A stretch of DNA of 64,000 nt from Macrostomum lignano (taxonomy: Eukaryota), in NCBI GenBank assembly GCA_002269645.1, contig NIVC01000296.1, positions 558,001 to 622,000 of the forward strand. Reading direction: 5' to 3'. The position numbers were made by a program, and so were the translations under genes. This document shows, piece by piece, positions 47,401-60,212 of this stretch (within the stretch, counting starts at the first letter, position 1; every line of letters starts with the position of its first letter). A model generated the notes under the pieces. It did not search any database and had not been told where the DNA came from. It saw only the letters and a program-made list of their open reading frames with translations.

Positions 47401-50400
47401 GAATTTTCCATCCAAGATTTTCCCTCCAAAATCTGATATTCACTGTGGAATTTTCTAAGTAAATTTCCTTCCAAATCTGGAAATATCAGATTTCTATCTG
47501 GGATTTCCTCCCTCTGGATTTTACGAAAAATCATCAATTCAGTCATGCAATCCAGCATTTAAAAAAAACATATCACCCACCAGTTCTCGTTTCTCCTGGA
47601 AAATTTCTCTCCAGGCTGGCGCTGCCTTCCAGTCGCCGAGTCAAAGCAGGTGCATTGGGACTTGGTGACGCACCGGCCGTCAGCCATCAGGTAGCGGCCG
47701 CGCGGACACTGGCAGCCGAAGTAGCAGCCGCTGGGACAGCGGTCTGGCCGGGCTAAGCTAGCGCAGGTCGCTTGGCAGGTGTTGGCGCACAGTCGAAAAC
47801 TGGAGCCGCCTCTGGGGCAGGCGATCAGGGCTGCAAGCGGAAGTCAAGGATTGGTGAGCGACTGGGAGTATGCAGCGATTGGGGCTTTCTACTGTACTAC
47901 TGGGAGTATGCAGCGATTGGGGCTCTCTACTGTACAACTGGGAGTATGCAGCGATTGGGGCTCTCTACTGTACAACTGGGAGTATGCAGCGATTGGGGCT
48001 CTCTACTTGTATAACTGGGAGTATGCAGCGATTGGGGCTCTCTACTGTACTACTGGGAGTATGCAGCGATTGAGGCTCTCTACTGTACAACTAGGAGTAT
48101 ATGCAGCGACTGAGGCTCTCTACTGTATAACTGGGAGTATGCAGCGATTGGGGCTCTCTACTTGTATAACTGGGAGTATGCAGCGATTGGGGCTCTCTAC
48201 TGTACTACTGGGAGTATGCGGCGATTGGGGCTCTCTACTGTACTACTGGGAGTATGCAGCGACTGAGGCTCTCTACTGTACAACTGGGAGTATGCAGCGA
48301 CTGAGGCTCTCTACTGTACTACTGGGATTGGTCACCACAGGAGGCACTCTACTGTTCTAGTTTAGTTTTTGCATCGCTGAAGGCTCTCACCGCAGTTCCT
48401 GAGCTGCGGCAGCAGTCGCCAGTGGATCTTGTAGCCGGACCTGGCGCACAGTCGCATGGCATTGAATGCGATGTAGCAGACGCTGTCTCGGTCTCCAGCC
48501 GCCTCGCAGTTGCGCAGGAACGGCTGCAGATTCTCAGTCCTGGCGCATCGTTGAAACTGGCCGCTGTGCTGGAACAGGTCGTAGCATGTGCGCACAGCCT
48601 CCCGCGAGATGGTCGTCCGTTTGGGTCCACCAGCCGGCGAGATGGCCTTCACCAGATAGGAGCGAGCAACGGACAGGGAATCGGCAGCAGCGCGGCCCCG
48701 CCTCGGCCACAAATCGTTCTCGCTCGAGCCGTCGTAGCGACCGCAGAGGCCGCGCAGGCGACGGGCTCCACGGAGGCGCCTGCTGGCCGCCAGCTCGACT
48801 GTACCACCGTTGAAGTCAACGCGCAGCAGGTCGGCAACGCGCAGCCGGATATAGTGGCTGGTGACGCGATGCAGAAAAAAGCCGAGGCCGACACGAAGGT
48901 GCTCTCCGATGGCTCTGAAAAATAAGTCCAAGTAAATACTCGTAGGTTGCTACTAAACTAGAACCAGCAGGAGCTTAATGACGATTGTCGTAAATTTACA
49001 ATCCCGTTGAAAACGATACCATAACAAGAATCATGAAAAAAATTCGTTGCAAACTACTCTTCAGTGACTCTGTGGCGATTCTTGTGACTTTTGAACGACT
49101 CAAACGCGTCTAATGCGATGAAGAGGCGACTTTTGCGACACAAACGTACGAGCTATCACGTCAGTTGCAGAATCGTAAAAGAGTCGCGAAAGAGTCGTCC
49201 AAGAATCGTTAAGCTGGCGCTGAACTTTCTACTAACTCAGTAGGCTAGTTAGTGCTTCAAACACAACCCAGTGACTGCAGGGACTCTACCACGCCTCAAA
49301 TACGACTCTACGGCTCCCAGAATCACTAGAGTCGCCCCATATTCGTTTTTTATAGTCGCAGACATTACAACGCTTCAAAGTGATTCTTGGGTGACTTTTT
49401 GACGACTTTTTGGCAACATGTAGCGTGACATCTGGTCGCTTTAGAGGCGGCTGGAGTCACTTCTTTCCTATTTTATCTGTCACGACGGGAGCTCACATAC
49501 AGTTCACAGCAACCTTGAATTTCTCGGAGTGGATTAAATACTCGTGGCTACCAAAAGCCCCAAACGTGTCTCAAGCAAGCAGTTTCTACAACATAAAATT
49601 TATAGTTTGTGAAGTTTGGACCATTCGCTCTCTCGTGATCGGGAATGTACGCATTATGAGCGGACAGCGTGAGCGAGAGAGGAATCGAACCCACGAAGTA
49701 TGAAGCGAGAGTTGTCTCGTACTCAATGCTACTCACAGCTTCTGGCTGCGATCTCCCAGCTGGATGACAAAGTCGCCAGATTCGCTGTCGGTGGCAGGCC
49801 GATGGTACACCAGGACTTGCTGGCCCTGCCAGGACACCTCCAGGCGAGCTGGACTGCTTCGGCTGAACTTCACCGCTAGGGGGATCTTCGAATCGTCCGG
49901 CTGATTGTGGTGTAAAATGTAAACATACTCGTTATTGAAAGCGTAGCAGCAGCAAATTTTAAAATGCTTTCTAATTTTCATAATTTAACTCTTATCTTTC
50001 AGAGGCGACTTAGGTACTTAAGTCTACTTAAATCTTCCTTGCCACCGGTTTAATCCAACGTACGCATTTTTATTCAATGCACATTCTGATCCTACTGACA
50101 ATTCTCCGCAGGCTGGGTCACAGATTGCTCAAATCAATTTAAAATGGGTCTGAACTAACTGTAATTTAATTCAGAATTTTCTCAGAAGCAGGGGGTTGTG
50201 TGCACCCTGGCGCACTTTAAGCGACATTGTCGCATAACCGGCGAGAGGCATTGCTGCCCATTCCGCCGACTCCCCTGAGCAGGCACACAAGCGCGCGGAT
50301 ACGTACGCAGTCATACGCACAGGCACACTCACACAGGAGTGCACAGCGGCCCTAACTTTATTTATCGTTAGGCATGTACACTTCACTGTGCCTTGGGGGT

Positions 50401-53400
50401 TGGGCCTCAAGGCCGTTAATTGCACGAGCAGAGCCAAGCCGAGATTCCAATTCAGCCCCAAATTAATGTGACTGCACTTGGAATAGAGCCTGGGCCGCTG
50501 CCACACCAGAGCGCCTCGCTGGACCACTGGGCTACGGCCCTTGACAGTTGAAAAAAGCTACAAGCAGATTTTACCTCGATCAGGTAGTAATCGTTTCGGT
50601 TGTCAACGAAGCTGATCTTCTGTCCGTCAAAGGTGACAACTTGGCCGGGGGTGGCCAGGCACACTCTGCCGCAGTCGGAGCTGGCGCAGCGCCAGTTGTT
50701 GTTGCCAAGGCAGGAACTGTGCGAAGTAGCAGTTATGAGAGAGGCGCGTTATATTCGACTGCAGGTGCATCCAGCAACAGTGCGCAGTTCTGGCTACTGG
50801 CTACTGGAGGATCAGAGTTAATGAATTTGCCACAGCTCAATTACATTATGCTAACTGTTACTATTCCTAATGAGTACCCAGGCATCTGGTTCTTATATGC
50901 GGGCTTCAGCTTTACAGTTTCGAAAGCGGCTTCCATACCAGGTCTGGCAGTCCTTGGTGAAGCGCTCGCCGCGGTGGTAGATCCGGTTGCCATGACGACA
51001 AGGACACTCGGCCTCCTCAACGCAACGCCCGCGGCTGTCCAGCAGGCGAGGCGGAGCGCAGGCGCACAGCGGCGCCAGGGCGCACATCAGCGGAGGCAGG
51101 CGACGGAGGGCGGCGCAGCGGTCGGGGCACCGACGGTGGCACAGGCTGAGGACAGCACGACCTGGCGTGCGGGAGAGGGGAGGGCGAATGCTGATTCCAA
51201 GGGTGGGAAGCAATTTTCAAGAATAACAACCCCCTTGCCGGAATGAAATCTTCTAAATGCTAGATAGCAACCCCTTTGTTAGAAAGTTACCTGTTTGCTG
51301 TATATAAATCTCCTTGCTGCAAAGAAACCTCAGTGGAAAGGAACCTACTTGCTATCAAGGAACTTACTTGTATTTTTCCCTAATTGCTACTTAAAGCAGA
51401 AGCCACGACTTGCTAAATAACTTTTTAAAGCCCCTTTTTCTGCTTCCTGTTTGCCTCTTATCATTTCCTGTGAAAATGTCAAACTCGGAGCGAAAAACTC
51501 GCACCCTCGCCGAGGCCCAAGCTGCAGCTGTTTCTTGCAGAAGGAAAGTCGTCGGTCTCCCTCTTATCACTGGAGAGTGCTGCGGGCTTAGCGCTGGCTG
51601 AAGCTTCCATTCCCTACCGTGTCTGTTTATTTTTCCCAACGGCCCTTTTGCTTATATTGACGCCATATTCTGCACTTCTCTTTATGGTCCAAATAGTTCA
51701 TAAAAGCTTTCTTCGCAGTATTCTATATGGCTAAAGCCATGGCTCGTGTGGGACTTGCTTACTTTTTTTACTTTCCACGCAGTAGTCACTTGTGCACTGG
51801 GATCATCAGCTGTGCCCGCTTACCTTAGCTTTAACCTTCAAGCTCTTCTATGTTGCAGCGTTCCTTTCCTTGAGTTGCCTGTGCAAACCCCAAGCAGTGG
51901 CGGTGTGGGGGGAGGAGGCTTTGGTGGTGCTGATCAGGCTTAAGTCCCGAATGCAACGGACCCTTATTTGTTTGCCTGCTTCTTGCCGAATCGCAAGCCA
52001 ACCCATGGGATCCCCACGAGTGTGTCAAGGGCTGCTGGACAGACTGGACAATTCGGCGCTGGTTAACCATTCACCATTAAGGTGCTTACCGTGCTGTTAG
52101 GTGGCTACGGAGTTCTTTTTGCTTAAATACTGGCTTGGGTGTGGAGCAGTCGGCCATTCGATCTAAGTCACTTAAGTCAATTAAGTCAGGCCCTGTGCCT
52201 TAAAATTCACACGTCAGTTTGAAACAACACGCACCGTCTCTGCAGGCGGCGCCGCTCCGGCCGCCGCTATTGCAGTCCCGGCCTCGGCTGCTCAGCAGGA
52301 ACCGCCTGGCTGTTGCGTAGGCGGCGGCGGAGCCGGCCACCTCAACGAAGGGATCGCGCAGGCAGCTGCGCGCCAGCCGTCCATCCGGCCGGTCCAGGCG
52401 GCCGCAGGGGCCGCGGTTTGCTGGCCGAACTCTACGACGCTTCGCAGCTGTCCGACCCTCCCGCGGTGCCGGCGGCGGGCGTTCCCCGGCGCACCAGCCG
52501 CCAGTCCGGCCGGTTGAAGACGCCGCCGCTGCCGCCGACGACGACTCGAGCAGCAGGGCGAGGAAGCCGTCGTCGGACCAGCGCAGGTGGAGCCCGGTGC
52601 CGGACAGGTGCAGCGAGTGCTGCCGGCCGGAGTCGAAGCTCCGCAGCAGCAGCGGCACCGAGGCCGGTAGACGGTCGTCGTCATCGTCGCCTTCCGAGTC
52701 GCCGCCGAGGCGCAGTTCGGCAACCGTCCGGCTGCTGTTCCGGCCGTCGGTGTCCAGCTGCACGACGCGGACGCTGCGGCCGCGGATGCTCACTCGAGTG
52801 TCCGTTGGGCAGCGCGGGACGCCTCGGAAGTGGATGACAATTTCCTGTGCGCGGTGATCGGACCGGAAATGAGTGCAGAATCATAAAATCCCAGAAATCC
52901 CAATTTATCCCTGGGCCTGCGTGAGAAGTTTAACAGATTGATGTTCGACAATCGCATATTTTCCGCATTGTTTTGTGGGGGTCCAAACAGAGAGACGGAA
53001 GGGGATGCGAGGGTGAGCTGAGAGTGGAAAAAGCGAGAGTGAGTCGGTTTTACTGACTAATCTACGAGCTATTAAGCCCTGATTGATGTAGAATTAATAT
53101 TTCAGATTTATTTCTGCTTATAGACTAGCTGTGCTGTTCCCGAAGGCCAAGTTTCTCCAACGTTAGCTTGTGGCGTGAATAATTTATTGTACTGCTCATT
53201 ATTGGGCCTCAGAAGGAAAGGTATTGCCATTTTCCATCAGCAAACAAAAGCTCCTCAAACCTTTCGACAGGCGTCCTCGGCTGCTCCGTCCTCGCCGCAG
53301 TCTCCGCTGCCAACGGTGCCAACTTCGACTCGCCAGTTGAGCACCTCGGAGGTGAAGCTGGCCAATGCGGCTTCACCGCCAGGCCGGAACTCGCTGGACC

Positions 53401-53548
53401 ATCGGCCCCGGAAGTCCAGCAGGTGGGCGAGCCCAGTCTGCAGGCAGTAGCGCCACTGCGGCTCGGTGTCCTCTGGCGCCCCGGCTGCCCCGCAGGTGAG
53501 GCAGGCCAGCAGTAGCTGGGCAGCAACTACGGCAGTCAGCAGCTTCAT
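28892..53548 (-). CDS. ap2: Same giant adhesive/mucin-like protein (probable Mlig-ap2), copy B; includes start codon, 3' lost in gap
   Basis: ATG at 53548 ([23 protein letters not shown], signal-peptide-like). Exons 53261-53548, 52235-52844, 50939-51161, 50575-50716, 49737-49900, 48391-48914, 47581-47830, 46935-47157, 45644-46133, 44873-45084, 44382-44643, 43547-43642, 42334-42463, 42141-42229, 41551-41664, <28892-41468; mirror of copy A. Confidence 0.8.
53261..53548 (-). CDS. ap2 copy B exon 1: signal peptide + start of vWD1
   Basis: [50 protein letters not shown]...; 288 nt, phase 0 donor. Confidence 0.85.
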
Positions 53549-55213
53549 CTGACCGCAGTTAGCCGCAGGAAGTGCCACTTGTCTAGGGATTTTCTTCCCA
53601 ATGAAATTGTTGCTCTTTAAACTGTTTGAATCAGACAGATTTTCCTAGACGCTCTGATAGATTCACTGTCTTATCGTGGTTCTGCTTCACAGGGCAAAGA
53701 AGTTAGCTTTGATGTAGCTTGGAAAGCTTAGTTCAGAAAGGTTTCAGTTGAGCTGTTTTCCAAGTCGAGTAGCAAGGGAGAGCGAAGAACGTCATGAGGT
53801 TTGCCGTTCGCTTTAAACTGTCGGCAGTTGAGCGCAGCAGCTGGACCTTAGTGCGACGCTGGCGACTGATTTTTAGGAAAACTTTTACAACGCGTCGCCT
53901 CAATGCTAGTAAAATTTCGCCTGGCAGCAGCTGCGCTTGCCGTAAAAAAACTTGAAATCAGCCTGTAATAAACGACTCAAACAAGAAAGGCGAAAATCGA
54001 TGAGCGAAGCAGTTTTCGCGTCTTCCAAAAAGTGTCGCTGGACTTTGGTTCTGCAGCGAATCGACTGGAATTTTCCGCCCACAACACGCTCCGATCCCTG
54101 CCGTTTCAAGCCGCACTGCTTGCGTTTTTTAGCAAACCCGTTCTATTTTTAGCCATAGGAAGTTTTTTGTCTTGGTAGCCGAGGAAAATGGCTGAGTTGT
54201 TCTGCAGGGTTTAACAGAATTCTCTGGTATCCTTAGCAATGCATTTTCACCCGCAATTCTAGTTTATATGCTCCAGTTTTGAGTCTTTACGCTTTCACGG
54301 TTTCAAATAATATTTAGCAAGAGAATTTAGTGCTAAAGTAATCAGAAAAATTCCTATCTCGATAATTATTCCATAAATTTTCAGGATTTCGTCACCTGCC
54401 TGTGGTCCTATGGATAATATTTTCTTACATTATTGTTCGACATTTTGCTATAATAAATATTTTAATTTTTTAAGCGTAGGTACTTTGTTATAATTTTTTT
54501 AGAATCGGAATTCATGAAAAATAATTTTAAATTAATTTTAAATTGCATAACCAAATATAAATTTATTAGCTGAAATATACAATAGCATAATCCATTTTTA
54601 TTACTCTTCTGAATCCATTTGCAGTAAGAAGATCTCGATAATTAGTTAGCTAATTTATATAAACCTGACCGCTAAGTTAAAGTGTTTGCAATTATTGGCA
54701 TTTTTCACAAAGCAGTATATGATAACGATAGGGAATAAAACGACTATACACATGCTCTTTCTCATACTGTCATGCACTTTATCACGCAGTTTTACTGCCG
54801 CTCAGAAATGATGTAAGCAATGAATGGCGCTAAAGGGGCATAATTAAATTATACTGGCTCCATTCAGTCTGTGCTGAAAACCCGCGATAGCAGCACAACA
54901 ATGCGAGCTTCTGTTCGGTGGCCTTTCTGTTGGGCCCTAGCCAGAACTATTTGTGTCACGGACGAAGCTGATTAATTAGCTGGTCTGCGAGAGCAGCAGA
55001 GCAATACAGCAATATGGCCTTTTATAGATGATGCTTGCTGCGATTTTATAATGAATGTAGAATCCGGAGTGTGCGGTCTGTGTCGCACTTTATCGTGCTG
55101 CTGGCAATTGTGAAAGTTCAGCTCCGTGCCTAAACAGCTGCGATCCACAACTTGGATCAACCTGGACATAATGGGAGTCCTCCCCCTGTCTAACCGTTTC
55201 AAGTTAGAAGTAA

Positions 55214-55702
55214 GTTACGGATTGCAGTCGGTCTGGTCCGGAAAGTTACCGATTGCAGTCGGTCTGGTCCGGAAAGTTACCGATTGCAGTCGGTCTGGTC
55301 CGGAAAGTTACGGATTGCAGTCGGTCTGGTCCGGAAAGTTACGGATTGCAGTCGGTCTGGTCCGGAAAGTTACCGATTGCAGTCGGTCTGGTCCGGAAAG
55401 TTACGGATTGCAGTCGGTCTGGTCCGGAAAGTTACGGATTGCAGTCGGTCTGGTCCGGAAAGTTACCGATTGCAGTCGGTCTGGTCCGGAAAGTTACCGA
55501 TTGCAGTCAGTCTGGTCCGGAAAGTTACCGATTGCAGTCAGTCTGGTCCGGAAAGTTACCGATTGCAGTCAGTCTGGTCCGGAAAGTTACCGATTGCATT
55601 CAAGTCTGGGCCGGAAAGTTACCGATTGCATTCAGTCTGGTCCGGAAAGTTACCGATTGCATTCAGTCTGGTCCGGAAAGTTACGGATGGCAGTCAGTCT
55701 GG
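55214..55702 (+). repeat. 31-bp minisatellite (GCAGTCGGTCTGGTCCGGAAAGTTACSGATT) x~15, intergenic
   Basis: Direct reading. Confidence 0.95.
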
Positions 55703-56644
55703 TGCCGAGCTTTCAGACATTTAAGCTGGCATCCCCATTGAAGCAATCCATTTATATAGCTGAATTCATGGATACTTTAAAACTATTGTCTGGATTGGAG
55801 GCGACACACAACAGTACAAGCTCTTATTTGTAGTCTTGTATCCGAAATGAATTAAAAGTACATTTACGCCCGACCCGTATACAGCTTTTAAAATGCTCAC
55901 GGTCAGTGACTGCTTTGAGAGGCTGTAAAGCAAAGCAAAAGCAAACAAACAAAACAAAAAGCAGCCTTTTCACTTGCATACTAACTGCGGCCAACTCTGC
56001 TTAACTTTTGAAGACCCACTGGGCTAGCGAACTTCTGTCATCTAGGAGCTGATTTCTATAAAATCCTCAGATGGCTCTGTTGGCAGTTAAAAAAACTATT
56101 TAAACGATTAGATAGAGATGCTAAGACGAAAGGTAAAGATAGACATGCACAGATAATAAAAAGGACGCACTGTACTGTACTGCGTATACAGAAAACAAAA
56201 TGACGCATTCTAGCTTGCAACTACCTATTGGGACATCGTCTGACGGCATCATCCTATTACTTTCAAGCTTAAAAGTTCGATTTACCAATAGCTAAATCAC
56301 TGCGGATATCAGCAAAAAGGCAAAAATGGTACTTTGATCCAATTGAGTGCGCTCTACTCGTAGTGCCGGGATGAATATTCAAGTTTGTATAAAACAGGCT
56401 GAAAATACTGAAAAGCTTTAAGATAAAAGGTTAACTGTATGGCCCATAAGCATCGGATTCAAGATTCAACTGAGGGATGGATGGAGCACTGTTGGTGTCT
56501 CATTTTGATTTTGATTTTGATTTTTTAAGCAAAAATGGCCACCCCCAGGGCCCGTTGTGTGTGTGTGTTTTCAGTTGCGTAATTCTCATTGAAAATCTGA
56601 GAAAAGTTGGCTGCTCACTTAAAAAATTCTAGTGGTCCCTGTAA

Positions 56645-59189
56645 CTAAGCAGTGTTGGCCTCATCCGACTTGCTCAAAGCTGCCGCCGCCGCCTGCTCCT
56701 CTGAGTCAGCGGCAGCGGCTGAGTGTACAGCAGCTCTGCGCTCGGCACGCCACTCGGACACCAGCGACTGGATGCGGTGCAGGATCAGGAACGTCAGCAG
56801 GCTGTTCTTCACCAAGAAGAAAATGCTGGCCTCGTTCACGATCCTGTACTGGACCAGCAGGTAAAAACGAATCACCAGGAAGAGCGCGTCCTGCAGCAGC
56901 AGGTTGCACACGATGGCCCACATGTCCGTGTTCAGCACAAGACTGCCGAAGCTGGTCGCTGAGCCCACTTGCCGACGGGCGGTGAACACGAACACGAACT
57001 GGGCCATGGCGGTGGTCCAGGCCAGCAGCAGCAGGGTGATGATGCTTTTGTTGGTCTTCAGCGAGTCCTCCTTGAAGTATTCGTACAGTTCGAGAATGTC
57101 GGCGGACATGCCAATGTAGCCAATGAGTAGAGCGGATTTCTGCTCCTTGCTGATCTGCTGCCGCGGCAGCACCCAGCGGCCGATGATGAGCACCAGGAGC
57201 ATCATCTCCTCCATAAGGATGCGCGTCTCCGCTTGGAAGCTGAGCCCAGTCTCGAATCCGAATAGCCACTGCGAATTGGGTCAGACATAATGGGTCAGAC
57301 ATAATGGGTCAGACATAATGGGTCAGACATAATGGGTCAGACATAATGGGTCAGACATAATGGGTCAGACATAATGGGTCAGACATAATGGGTCAGACAT
57401 AATGGGTCAGACATAATGGGTCAGACATAATGGGTCAGACATAATGGGTCAGACATAATGGGTCAGACATAATGGGTCAGACATAATGGGTCAGACATAA
57501 TGGGTCAGACATAATGGGTCAGACATAATGGGTCAGACATAATGGGTCAGACATAATGGGTCAGACATAATGGGTCAGACATAATGGGTCAGACATAATG
57601 GGTCAGACATAATGGGTCAGACATAATGGGTCAGACATAATGGGTCAGACATAATGGGTCAGACATAATGGGTCAGACATAATGGGTCAGACATAATGGG
57701 TCAGACATAATGGGTCAGACATATTGGGTCAGACATATTGGGTCAGACATCATGGGTCAGACATAATGGGTCAGACATAATGGGTCAGAGCGTAAGACCT
57801 GCCGACTACTGGCGGGGACTGGGCGCACCCCCAAGGCTAATCCTTGTGCTCTTTTACCTTGGGGTTGCGATAGGGGCCTCGCGGCCTATTCGCGGCGCCT
57901 GCGCCCCCCGTCAGTAGTAAGTAAGTAAGTAAGTCTTGTTTCATAAGATGTCCGATCAGGCATGTTCACAGGTAGTTCACTGACTATAGTGATTCTGGTC
58001 AAAACCAACCCTCACTGAGATTGCAGCCTAGTGATCAGAGTGTCGCATTCGTAACTTGAAGGTCGGGGGTTCGATTCCCGATCCTACTGGAACAATTTGT
58101 GTCCTTGAGCAAGACACCTAACTCTCTGCATTGCTTCAGTTCACCCAGCTGTAAAATGGGTGCCAGCATTAGCTGGGGTATTTGAGGGTGTCTGTGGCAA
58201 CCCCCCAGTCCTTGGACTGAACAGCCGTACGCAGCCTTCAGATGCGCCGTGCAATAGCTGCGGCTGAGCTGTCGGTTGCACATCTGGCGCAATTGGGGCA
58301 GGTGTAATCAAATATTGTTATTATTATCCACCCTTTACTGGTCACTCGAACAAAGACCATGTTTCACTCACTGATCACTGGACCAAGCTACCCTCACTTG
58401 TTTTATAGTCCAGTCGCTTTAAAGGCACAAACGCGATCTCACCTTCTCCGGATGCGCCGATATGTTTCGCTTCTCGTGACCCGACGTGTAGGCGGCATCC
58501 TCAGACATGGCCGAGGCCAACACGGTTCTGTTCTGAATCTCCTGAATGAGCACGATGTCGAACTCGGCTAGCCACACCGGCGGGATAACTCCCATCAGGT
58601 AGAGCAGAACGCACGGACAAATCCTGAACGAGGAGTTAGGAGTGGTGATGGCTCCATAGCTAGCTGTTGCATGTGCTTACCTGCAGCCAGCAAGGAGTCA
58701 AGTCGTCAAACATGCATTTCCCTTGTTCGGGACCCCTGAGCACGGATACACGTGCATATACGCTTGCACACTGGGTGTACAGCGGCCCTGATTCTCTAAT
58801 CGTCAGGCACGCACACACTATCTTGACCCTTAGTACGCTCGTAGAGGTGAATCGCACAAGCACAACCGCATGTCTTACCACTTCCATTCCTTGCCCTTGA
58901 GCACTTTCCAGGTGACGACGCCTTCAATTGGCAGCAGCGCCAGCGGCACAATGAAAATCCAGTGCAGGCTGTGCTTCTGAATTGGATTGGTCTGCAGTAC
59001 GCACAGAGTACCGTGAAACATCATCATGAGCCGGGCTAGTACGGACCGGAGCACAGCCTCGGCCACTTTGCCTCTGCTTGCGGCCATTCTTTGTTGGCGT
59101 GAAAGCAGTTGGGCTAAAAGTTTTTTTTCAAACCAGTTCCAAATAGCCGCGCAGTTGAAGAGATCTCCGCAAAGCTTCATTGAATCCAT
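56645..59189 (-). CDS. TMEM26: Transmembrane protein 26 family, 3 exons, ~371 aa
   Basis: Exons 58879-59189, 58443-58623, 56645-57268 (GT-AG, phases 2 and 0). Motifs ARLMMMFHG...HW...LLPIEG...KGKEWKW/ICPCVLLYLMGVIPPVWLAE; LIIGRWVLP...ADILE...W...QF...QDALFLVIR...FF..KN match my recollection of TMEM26. Confidence 0.85.
57278..57788 (+). repeat. 14-bp minisatellite (GGGTCAGACATAAT) x~36 in TMEM26 intron 2
   Basis: Direct reading. Confidence 0.97.
58012..58327 (+). mobile_element. tRNA-derived SINE with CORE(MIR)-like central domain and (TTA)n tail
   Basis: B box GGTTCGATTCC 58068-58078; TTGTGTCCTTGAGCAAGACACCTAACTCTCTG...CAGTTCACCCAGCTGTAAAATGGG resembles the CORE consensus; ends TTGTTATTATTAT. 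Confidence 0.75.
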
Positions 59190-60212
59190 TCTTGCCAAGT
59201 TATATCCTCACAGAGGATTCCCGGGCCTCATCATACCAATCCCTCCAATCGGAGAGGGCCAAGAGGCAAGCTGACACCGCAACCCTCCCCAACTGGCTGA
59301 AAATGGCTTCACTACTGACAGCAGCAGTTCTGGAGACCCTCGGGTGGCAACTCTTTCCCACAAATTCCACAGAACGCTGCATTCTATTTTTTTTTAGAAA
59401 TTAAAAACGATAAATTGCAGATATTGCGGAGTGTGCCTCTTGAACCCTTGGTGGAATAACCACGAATGCTGGCAAGCCATGGCAGTGGTTTAACTATTGC
59501 CTTTGTCAGCCAAGTTAATAGTTGAGCCAACCAAGTTGAGAATTGGCATTTGGCAGCAGTGGATTTGGTATTGCCCATAGACATAGACTTTTGCCGCGTC
59601 TGGATGACGACTGAATGCTTGAGAGGCTACTTGAGCATGTCCGGCAGTCGAGGCTTGATCAGCGAAACTCGAGAAATTCGCAACAGGGTGTCCAAAGTCA
59701 CCTGGTGCCACCTGTTGAAGGTCCAGAAGCTCCGCCTGGGTGAAGGCCAGTGGCCAACAAAGTCAGAGCTGATGCAGACACATGTGTGGTCCACTTGCTG
59801 ATGAAATTTGGAGGCTTGGCAAGGCTGCACTGAGGCGCAGTGCTGATTGGCGCGGGTGTACTGAATACACTGGCGCTTATAGGAAAAGTCTGACCTTCAG
59901 TCAGAATCGTTGAATATCTCGACGGTCCGATGGGCCTTGATTCTTGTTTGACGGAGATGCGCAACAAGAAGTTGGCCCGGGTTTTTGAATTTCGTGTGCC
60001 CGCGTTTCTTCGTTCCGGCGCAGCAAAAAAATCGTCAGAGGGGGCGGGGGATTCCATTCTAGGAGGATAGTAGGATTTACTCGTAGTTGGCATAACACCG
60101 GAGAATGGGTCAGTCAGGGAAGGAGTTGCTTATCCAGACTCTACTTTTGGACCTCCATGGCTTCCAGCTAACCGAACTACCATTACATGATTTCTCGCCT
60201 CCGTCAACAACG

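Noticed and set aside
59400-60100. Short minus-strand ORFs upstream of TMEM26
   Set aside because: No recognisable motif or consistent splice sites; cannot be assigned without a search.
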